Shown: one piece after another, positions 53,635-64,000 of the stretch
Position numbering within the stretch: the stretch's first letter is position 1
Layout: each line of letters starts with the position of its first letter
Assembly (NCBI RefSeq): GCF_009914755.1
Contig: NC_060928.1
Strand: one strand, 5' to 3'
Origin: the human T2T-CHM13v2.0 reference genome, Homo sapiens
DNA length: 64,000 nucleotides
Notes under the pieces: model-generated
What the model was told of the DNA's origin: nothing
Databases searched by the model: none
What the model saw: only the letters and a program-made list of their open reading frames with translations
Position numbers and translations under genes: made by a program

Positions 53635-55350
53635 ATTAACTCATTGAACAAATATTCATGGGTTGCAGGCATGGGAATTGTAGGATGAATAAGATAGATG
53701 AGGTATTTGTTTTCATAGAATTTACAGTCTTATAGGGGTATGCAGACAACAAACAAATAAGCAAAGAAGGTAAGTTCAGACAGTAATAAGTGCTATGAAG
53801 AAAATGGAACGGGGTCTTGGGATAGAGAGAGATTGAGTGAGGTGCTTTAATAGGAGGGTCAGAGAAAGACAGGTGACTTTTTTTTAATCTTTTTTTTTTT
53901 TTTTTTTTTTTTTTGAGATGGAGTCTTGCTCTGTTGCACCCAGGCTGGAGTGTAGTGGTGCAATCTTGGCTCACTGAAACCTCTACCTCTGGGTTCAAGT
54001 AATTATCCTGCCTCAGTCTCCTAAGTAGCTGAGATTACAGGTGCCTGCCACCACGCCCAGCTAATTTTTTGTATTTTTTTTTAGTAGAGATGGGGTTTCA
54101 CCATATTGGCCAGGCTGGTCTTGAACTCCCAACCTCAGGTGATCCACCCGCCTCAGCCTCCCAAAGTGCTGGGATTACAGACATGAGCCACCACACCTGG
54201 CCACAAGGTGACTTTTGAACTGAAACCTAAACCATAGGAAAGAACCAGCCACATGGAGATGTGGGCTATTCCAGGCAGAGAGAAAAATCCCAAGAGCAAG
54301 GGCCTTGATGTGGGAACAGTCTTAGCAGTATGACAGAAGCACAGCGAGCAGGGTTGGGACCACATCACGTAGGGCCTCATAGGCCATAGTAAGAATTGTA
54401 TTCTAAGTATAGCACGAGGCTACTGGAGCATTTTAAGCAAAGGAAAAATTATTATCAACTTTATTTCTTGAAATCACACTGAGATTCCTTTTTTTGAGGA
54501 AATAGAGTCAATGAGGGAAAAAGTCGAAGCAGAGAGGGAGACCAGTTATGAAATTATTACACCAATCTAAGGAGATGGTGGTAGCTTAGGGTGGTAGCAG
54601 TGAAGATAGCTGAAGTGATGAAATTTGGGACTGATCGGATCAACTGACTTGCAGATGATTGAATAAAAGGATTAAGGGAAGAAACAATGGAGGAGACACT
54701 GGGTTTTATCTGAATAATTGGGATGGTAATGGGATCATGAGTCAAGATGGGGAAAACTGGAGAATAGCAAGTTTGTAGAGTAGAGGTTGAGGGGTTGGGA
54801 ACAGCAGAATTCAGAGTTCTATTTTAGATTTATTATGTTGGATAGACCAATCTGACATCCGGGCAGGTAATTGTACAAAAGAGTTTGGAATCTGAGGGAG
54901 AGAGAGAGCCAGAGAGAGAAAGTTGAGAATTACCAACTTTGTATAAATAATATTTAAGTTCAAAGGACTGGAATCCCTCATCCTAGGAAAGAATGTAGAT
55001 AGAGATATGAAGACCAAGCCCTGGGACATATCAACCTCATGAGGAGATGGACCCAGCAAAGGCTACTTAAAAGAAACAGTGAGTTGGGGACAAGGAGAGA
55101 AACTCAGTAGGGTGTGGAGGTGTGGAAGTCAAGAAAAGAAAGTGTTTAAGGAGGCAATAGTGAGCTGTGATGAATGCTGCTGAGGGGTCCATGACATAAA
55201 CACAAATCATTGACTTGGCAAGAGGTGACTTTGACAGAGCAATTACTGGGGATGGAGGGGAAGAAGGCTGAACTGCAGTGGGTTGAAGGGAGAATGGGAA
55301 ATGACAAAATGAAGACAAGTACAGACAATTTATGTTTGGAGTTTCTATCA
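53635..55350 (-). mobile_element. Long L2 remnant interrupted by an Alu
   Basis: tcattgaacaaatatt...ttcagacagtaataagtgctatgaagaaaa...gggcctcataggccatagtaagaa...gaggtgactttgacagagca. Confidence 0.7.
53878..54202 (-). mobile_element. AluSx-like
   Basis: Full dimer with long polyT; TSD aggtgactttt. Confidence 0.93.
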
Positions 55351-55738
55351 CCATTTTAGCTAGTGATACGGTAATGAGGCAGGACTACAAGCAGTATTGG
55401 TAGAAAAACTCCCAATTATTAGGCTTTAAAAAGGCGAATTAAAACTAATACATATTCCTAGGAAATTTGATCTGCTGTGTCTACTTGGGGGGATTAAGTT
55501 TTCATGGAGACACCTTGATGAGTATCCATGTTGCCTTTACCAATCTTGAATACTAATTTCTTGGATCTGTTTCCTGCAGCTCTACCCCTCAAATAGAACA
55601 AAAAGCAATAATAAGAAAAACCCAGTATTTATAGAGCACATAGTGTGCAGTTTAAAGGTGTTTTTGCTCATTTTATCCTCACAATTCCTCAGGAGGTAGG
55701 AGCTGTTATAATCCCTTTTTGATAAGGTCACACGACTA

Positions 55739-56060
<322 letters not shown>

Positions 56061-56072
56061 ATCTTGTTAACT

Positions 56073-56416
<344 letters not shown>

Positions 56417-57654
56417 TCAGCAAAAAATCTTCATTTTCTCTCTCCTTCTCACCCAAATACCCAATAGTATGTTTAAATAATAGCATTGGGATTGGAACCC
56501 AGGCAGTCTGGGAGCTCCAGGCCCCTAGTCTCAACCAATATGCTATCCTTTAATACCAGGCAAATGGAAGGGAGACTCCGGAAAGGAAAAGCAGATGACA
56601 TTTTATCAAATCAGTATTGGTATAGAATGACATAGATGTTATAATGCATTGAGCTAGAATGGAAAATTTTATCCTGGAGAACCCTTCTTAATGGTGTTTT
56701 TAAATCTGTGTGCCAGTAGAGCCCATACTAATGGAGTGCTAGTCCTCAATATTCTCCCCTAACACCCATTCTCACTCTGCTAATAAACTGTCCCTCAAAA
56801 TCAAAATGAAAGTGTCACGTATGTACACTTTCCTTTTGGAAAGCATTTTGGTATTTTTCTACCTGACAGCTAGGAAAACAGATAATTGATTGATTTGTTG
56901 CCTTTATTGTTTTTAAGTGCCTCTTACTTCGTGCATAGAATTTGGGGCATTTCCTGAGGAGTAATAAGCCCTCAGGAGGAGACCTTATCCTCCAAGGTAT
57001 AGAAAGTCCTAGCAGACGTTGGTGGCCAGGAAGTGCCCTAGACTGGAATTATTTTTGTTGTTCTAATCTGAAAATGACAACATAGAACACAGCCAACAGC
57101 ATGCAGCATTTTATTATGGTGATGCAGCTTTAATTGGTATGTAGAGGGCATGCCTGTGAAATTAGTCCTTAGTGTATTGGCCAATCAGATCACTTTCAAC
57201 GTTTCCCAATGTTTAGTTTCATCTTATAATTAAGTAATAATGATCATTTCCTGGCAGCTAATGACTAGCTAGAGGAGTTAGAAGCCTCATTAGGTTTATA
57301 ATTTATCAAACTCTAAGCTTTTCATCAGTAGTGTTGCAAAAAGAGAAAGCATCTTCAAATTCCAAAATGATTCAAAACAATCTCTAACCGTATTTCATAT
57401 ATGTATTCACTTGTTCTTTGAAGGGTGACTTTATTTTTAAACTTTTAAAAATAACTGTATTTTATTATATAAGCAGGAAAAAATGTTTGTGTGACTTAGA
57501 GGAAGAAGGAAAGAGATGTATTGAACTCTGTTAGCACATACACACACTCTAAAAGCAGAATTGATAGACCGTGTTTCCTTTAAGAATCTTTTTGTGACAA
57601 TTCCACACCCTTTCCTGAAGCTGGCTTGACTATCCATTAATTCCAGCAATAGCA

Positions 57655-57790
57655 TCATTGTATTTACTCCACAGATATTTATTGAGCACCTACTGTGTGT
57701 TGGGCATTATGCTGACGATACTGCAGGGGCCAGAAGAGAACGGGGGGAGATGGGAACAAAACCTCCTGTCTTTATTAAGCTGATATTATC
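57655..57790 (-). mobile_element. L2 3' end
   Basis: atatttattgagcacctactgtgtgttgggcattatgct. Confidence 0.75.
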
Positions 57791-59201
57791 ATCTTAAAGT
57801 TTCTGTCTTCAAAATTACCCTGGAAGACTGCAATTAGATATGTTCAAAGAGGCCAAGCTAAAGGTAGAGGAAGACCCTCACTGAACCATGTGGACACCTT
57901 GCCTCTGACTGTCTCCTCATCCATACGGCCATTACATAGTAGCTCCAGCTTCTGCTAACTCAAGGGTCACTCACTGATCAACCATATTTGGGGGATTACA
58001 ATCCTCCTTTTGGTGAGAGAAAGTGTAAATCTCTTCTCCTAGTTTGAGACCTGCCCTCCTCTTCGTTTTGGGACCTGACATGAGCTGGTCATAAAAGAAA
58101 AAACCAGAACCAAAAAACAGTGTCTTCTAATTCCAACTCGTTTCCCCTTGAGTTCCTAATGGTTGGGGTATTTATTAAATAAGTACAGCCTGATGGAGGG
58201 ACAGCCAGACCTACCATTCAGGTTGTAGAATTCTAGAAATGTGGAACTCAGGGACTCTTCCAAAGAAATTCTGTCCTGCCTAAATCAGGTCTGAAAGGCC
58301 TCTGGAGAAATGGAACAACAGCCTATGTGTACTCACTCTCTTGGTCTTTCATTGGAGTCACTCCTGGGAATCCCTCAAAGATATTTTCTGTCCACACACT
58401 CATGAGTTCCTTGAAGCAGAGTAATCTTAGGTGCTCAGAGAAACTCCGTAGTTCCTTCACCATAGGAGCCACTTGAGATGTGAGGTCCTCTGGATCATCA
58501 GGGTTGGCAAAAGCATGCAGCAGAACTCCAGGGAAACTGCTGGCATTTGGTTTGTGCTGTCAGATCAATCCTAGGATTTCAACATCAGAAATACCCATTA
58601 TTGTCCTCTCTGAAATCTGTGGGCATTAGCCCTGGTGCCTCATGTAAAAGTTAGCCTTCTGGTTTCCAAACCAATTCTCTTCGTGGTAGACTCTTCATGA
58701 CCAAGAATTGGGACTTCCCAGCTCTCATGTTACCAAGTCCAGTTCTCCAAGATGGTTCCTGGGAATGCTTCTTCACGTCTGAGTACCTTGTCCTGAGCAT
58801 GTTTCATAAATGGGTAAAATGTGTGATTGATGTCTCTTTTATTTTATTGAAAGCTTGTTTTCTTCTGTAGCAGTTCTGAAATTTCAAGATGTTCTTCATT
58901 ACTTTGTTTTAATTGCCATGTGACAAATATTTCAAGAAACACCCAGCTATTTTAAAATTTTTGACAGACTTCATGATGGAAAGACATACACACAGCCCTA
59001 CTTGTTTAATAAATACTCCAACCATTAGGAACTCTAAGGGAAAGAAGTTGGTAATTATTTAATGAACCTTCTGTGTAGTCACTTTCACATAAAGTATAGC
59101 TAAGGACTCAGAAGCAGCCTTTTACTTCAGCCCTGAAATTACTACTATTAGTAATTTAAAATCACTTTTCCTAATGTGCCTAGCAGTCTCATTTACCTAT
59201 A

Positions 59202-59805
59202 CCACAGGTCCTCAAATAACATTGTTTTGTTCAACACTGTTTCACTATAAATTGATGAGGAAAAAAAATTGATTTCCAGCTGGGGTCACTATCTGTGTAG
59301 AATTTGCACTTTCTTCCCATGTCTGTGTGGGTTTTCCCCAGGGACTCTGTTTTCCCCCACATCCCAGGGATATGCATGTTAGATGAGTTGGCGTGTCTAC
59401 AGAGTCCCAGTCTGAATGAGCATGGGTTTGTGTGTGAGTGCGCCCTGTAATGGGATGACATCCTGGCTAGGGTTGGTAACCACCTTTCACCCTGAGCTGC
59501 TGAGACAGGCCATGGCCAACCAAAGCACTGAACTGGAAGAAGTAGGTAAATAAATATCTTACTTGTTTTTATTAATCTTTCTTAAATGCATACATAGTTC
59601 ACATTTATTTCAATGATTAATATTAGAAGTTCTTTGGTCGTTATTTAGAAGTTTGGTGATGTTTTTGTGGCCAGAAATACATCATAGGAATTTAACTCTT
59701 GTTTCTATCAATTAGCCTATGGTAGAATTGGTTTAACTAGAAATCATTTTGCTTAAAGTTGTAGTTTTTAAGAACCTACCAATGACATTAACTGAGGACT
59801 TACTG
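59202..59805 (+). mobile_element. MER6A (TcMar-Tigger) DNA transposon, near full length
   Basis: TA-flanked ~600 bp; caggtcctcaaataacattgttttgttcaac start and gacattaactgaggacttactg end. Confidence 0.85.
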
Positions 59806-60412
59806 TAATTGTCCAAGAATTATAGCCTTTGAATTCATTCCTGGATGAGAGAAAAGATATTTCTATGATATATACTCCTATTTAAGAAATCAGGGGTTTT
59901 CCAAAGAAAGAAAATATCAGTGCTTCTCTGTATGAGCCCACTGTATCAAGAAAAGATGGACCCACAGAGGTTGAACCAAAACTCTTGCAGATGCAATAGG
60001 CACAGGCTCTCTGTTTCCCGTTGTTTTTCTAGGTCTAATGAAAATGTGAAGACTGAGGGCTTGGCCTCACCCTGGTAATATGATCAAGAACGGAACTGTG
60101 GTAGTAAAAATGAGAATGTTAGAAGAATCATTATATTCAGGGAAAAGAAAGGCCTCAAAAGGGAAGATTACTCTGAATAATTCATGCTCCTTTTCTCTTT
60201 TTTCCTGTGTGAAATTCAGTGTTTCCTTTATAATTTTTTGAGAAGAAGGCTATGCTCAGGATCTTTAGAAGCTGGTGGTAACTTCACAATCACTGGCTCC
60301 ATCAGGCAACGAGAGACTTGCTGAAGGAGAAACAAACTGTGAAGGTAAAGAATTCTACCCAGAATGGCAACTCTGTGTGCTTTAAGAATGAATCCAAGTT
60401 TTGGAAGTTGTG

Positions 60413-60788
60413 GGAATGTGTTCAGTCGAAACTTTTCAATTGCTTGCACTGGGGAAACCACCCTCATCACTAGGCCTGGGGATTATGAACCAAAACCAAG
60501 GACTCCAGTCTCTGAGTCAGGGCGAGTGCCTTGGGAGGGAGGATGAAGGGAACTGGGCTCAGTGCCTCTCCTAAAATACCTTTCCCCTCCTAGAGGTCAG
60601 GTCTGGCAGGGTTTAATGACTCAATTCGTGTGCTGAGTGGCATCTTGGTAGCTCCGGGGAAGTAGTCAACACCACCCAACACAAACTGGGATTGGAGGTT
60701 AGGTGGGGTGACTATGAGCTGGACACCTAAGAGGTTATCTTCTTGGAGAGGTCAAAGAAAGCTTTTGCCAAACCTGTTAGATGAGTCA
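60413..60788. promoter_or_regulatory. Candidate AP-1/TEAD enhancer
   Basis: GGAATG 60413; TGAGTCA 60513; TGACTCA 60617; TGAGTCA 60782, all in apparently non-repeat DNA. Confidence 0.55.
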
Positions 60789-60977
60789 ACAGATAGAGAC
60801 TTCCATCTCTGCTTTCGTTCATCCTAATTTTTTAATAGCACCAAATGTGTAGAAAATCCAGAAATGAATTATCTGATGTTGTATATTTATAACAGATGTT
60901 AGATGGTTGGTTGATTAGTGTTAGCTATTTCCAATGCATGGGTTGCCTCTGACATAAGTATTGAATTAAATCAAAAA

Positions 60978-61035
60978 TATGTTTATATATACCTACTATG
61001 TACCCAAAAAAATTAAAACTAAAAGTAAAAATATA
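60978..61035 (+). mobile_element. Short L1MA/PB 3' terminus
   Basis: tatatacctactatgtacccaaaaaaattaaaa. Confidence 0.6.
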
Positions 61036-61049
61036 AAATATTTTGAGTA

Positions 61050-61243
61050 AGCAGCATAGCAAGACCCTGTTTCAACAAAAAAAAAATCAGCCAGATGTGG
61101 TGGTGCACATCTGTAGTTCTAGCTACTCAGGAGGCGAGGCAGGAGGATCGCTTGCGCCTAGGAGTTCAAGGCTGTAGTAAGCTATGATCACACTGCTGCA
61201 TTATGCCTGAGTGAAAGAGTGAGACCTCATGTCTTTACAAAAA
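61050..61243 (+). mobile_element. 5'-truncated AluJ
   Basis: catagcaagaccctgtttc + linker + right arm ggaggatcgcttg...ttcaaggctgtagt. Confidence 0.85.
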
Positions 61244-64000
61244 GTTTTCTTTTTTAGTCAAAATATTCTTTCAAAAGGATCTAGTTAAAGGTTAATTTTC
61301 TGGCATACAAAGCTAGCAGACCAAATGGGTTCAAAACTTTAAATAGCATAATTCATCCAGGAAGACCATTCCTTTTTATTTTTTCCTGTGCCTTTATCTG
61401 CAAAGCTCTAAAATGGCCTTCAGGAATAAGGCAAGGTAGCTAATATTTTTCAAGCAAATTCAAGAGCAAGATAGAAATGAAATGATCCCATCTTATCTTT
61501 TCCTTCCTCCGATACCTCTGCAGTCTGACCCTAGGGAATGAGTGCTATGCGGATCAGATCAAGAGAGGTGATTTGTTTACTACTTCTGAAGACCCTAAAA
61601 CTTTTGCTAACCCTAAAAGTGACCTAACCTCTTGGGAAGGGAGGGGCATTCAGTCTCGAATGACACAGACCAACCAAGAACTCCTACGGACCAGTAAGCC
61701 CTTAACCGTGTAGATACCGAAGTGAGCTTTGGGGAGAGAGAGAATCGCTATCCCCCAGACATGGTAAGGCAGTCCCCTTGAGGCAGTCACAAGTCAACTG
61801 CTCAATCTTTGGCTAGTGTCCCTCAGTAGACTAGCTCTAGTTATAAGGGGATGTTCTAAATAACCCCAATGGAACAATCCACAGCCACTTACTGAGTACC
61901 TAATAAACCCATGTATCACTCCCTGCTACCTACTGTTGAGGTAGATAGCCTCTGAAGAGCCTCTGGATTCACAAAAGCCACCCTGAAATGAATATTTCTC
62001 CAAAAAGTGCTTGGGGTTTCTTCCACATCCCCACATCCCAGCTCCCTTCCCTTTCATGCCCACAGCAAGGTCTATTGCTGCAAATTGGTGGTGAGGCAAG
62101 TTGGCTGGGAGGTGCACCTACACGGGGGAGTTCTATTGTTTTTATAACCAGTGCCAGCTCTGAGTGCGTGGTGAGTAAGAGCCTCTTCCTCTTCCCTCTG
62201 GGCTGCCCTCCTCTCCCATGCCAATCTCATTGCTGGCCTGTTGTGGATATGGTGGTAAGCAAGGGCGGCTGCCTGGCTCTGATGCTTCCCAGACTTGGGA
62301 CCCAAAACTCAAGAAGACAACGAAACATGTAAGTGAGGGCTTCATGGGCCTGTGTTTCCTATTAGCCAGTATTCCTGGGTAAAGTTTTCTGGGGAGAAGG
62401 GGCAAATGTGAAGACACCACTACAGCGTTACTCTTCCTTCCCCCGTTAAGTAAATGGGAAGTTCTTACTTGGCACACAAGAATAAAATGAATGTTGACTG
62501 CCTCTTCCAGTCACCTTTGGGCTGATTTTAGGTTAGACGACGTTTTCCCTAAAGGAATCTTATTTCTGCAAACTTCTTTTTTAAAACTCAAAATAATGTC
62601 TGCTTGTTCACTTTTATGTTAGAAAGTTATAATACGAGAGTAATTATGGTTACTCTTGTAACCATAATTTTGCTTATACATTGGTTTTGCTATTTTCCTT
62701 TCTGAATGGTGTTTATTTTAGATTTTAGCTCCTCTCTTGTGTTATGTTGCTAACATTTTTGTCAGCTGCCAGATTATTACAAGCAGATAAAGGGGGAGTT
62801 TTCTTCTAAAGAGACCCCCATAGTTCACGCTCAAAGAATTTGTTTTGTATACCCTGTGAGGGGGTGAGGGAAATAATTCATTGGTGTCTTTGTGTGTGTG
62901 TCTACGTGTGTCGTTAGCTGTAATCTGCAAAGATTTCTGCATCTTTAAGCATAAAGATCGCTTTCTCATTTTGTAACATGATTTCTTTTCAAACTTGTCA
63001 TGTAATTGAATCCAGCTTTGAGTGACACTTTAAAATATGCTCTCCCGCGTCAGAAGTGCTTCTTTAAGCCAGGTGCTCTTCACGCTCACCTGCTGGCGTG
63101 TTTGATTAGCAGCCAGCCACAGCCAGGTGCCAAATCCATTCTAAATATGGGAGCCTGTGCTTGAGAAGACTAGTCATACTAATTATTCAGACCTCCTCCT
63201 TGGAAGTAATGTGGCAAAATCACAGAAGCAGAAAAGCCAGAAACAGTATGAGACTTGCTATTGAGGGACCATAAAATCAGAATTTTGCCTCATAATATTG
63301 TTTTGTTCTTGGGTACATCCTTTCCAGCTATGAGCTCACCAGCCCTTGCTCTGTCTCTGAGCTGGTTGGCATCATTGCCGTTCTACAGATGGAGAATGGG
63401 AGATACAGCTGTGCAAGCCAAAATGCCCAAAAGCCGGATGATCTCACTGAAACTGGGAGCCAGCACCCCAGGTGTCTCTCTAGCTCCTTGCTGCTGGTGA
63501 ATCTGCAGCTTAAAAAAGGAGAGCTGCAGGCTAAGTTGGAACCACCTAGAGTTGCCTGCAAGCAATCTGTATTTGAATTGCCTGTCAGAGGCCAGGTGAA
63601 ACCAAGCAGTGGGTCAAACCAAAGGGGCTGCATGCATACATAAATGGGAAGAAGGTTAAAAGTGAGGAAATGGGGGATCGAAGTCCAGGAATGTAGGGAA
63701 TATGCTGGAATATCCTTTTTATGCAGGCCATCCCTCTTTTAACTGTGGGCTGAAATATACTGGATAGTATCTGTTGTACCGAAAGTACAATGTCACACTG
63801 GTAGGAAATATTTAAAGTAAAGCCAATGTATTAATTTAAATCATTAATGCAGGAAATATTTATTGAGGCTTTCCCATGAGCCAAGTCCCATAATATTCAG
63901 CTTTGTAACTTGAGTGCCTATCATTCAGTGGATGGACAGGAAGGATGCCTTGATGAATGGATAAACACATATTGTTCATGAGATTTTAGTTTAAGGACTC

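Noticed and set aside
63328-63643. Possible exon or 84-aa ORF after the tttccag acceptor
   Set aside because: Acceptor is plausible but downstream donors are weak (gtgtct, gtgaaa) and I recognise no protein similarity.

Overview
Primate, very likely human, genomic DNA; not prokaryotic. It is AT-rich, CpG-depleted and dense in Alu, MIR, L2, L1 3' fragments and old DNA transposons (MER5A, MER20, MER91, MER102, Tigger3, MER6A, MADE1, MADE2). I can support no protein-coding exon; the supplied ORFs are Alu- or repeat-derived or chance frames. The main functional landmark is a small CpG-rich promoter (~8620-9150) with a + strand non-coding first exon ending at a perfect AAG|GTAAGT donor (9209). The rest looks like one long first intron with AP-1/TEAD enhancer-like patches. 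From memory alone it may be the distal promoter and intron 1 of FRMD6 (unverified). I found no convincing new biological system. The best oddities are: a ~160-bp local duplication whose first copy forms a candidate 144-nt exon between inverted Alus; an L1 and an Alu inserted in turn at one site (triplicated TSD); a compound pentanucleotide repeat seeded by a MIR 5' end; a perfect 29-bp spaced duplication; and a three-site AP-1 cluster. Repeat boundaries and subfamilies are by eye and approximate.
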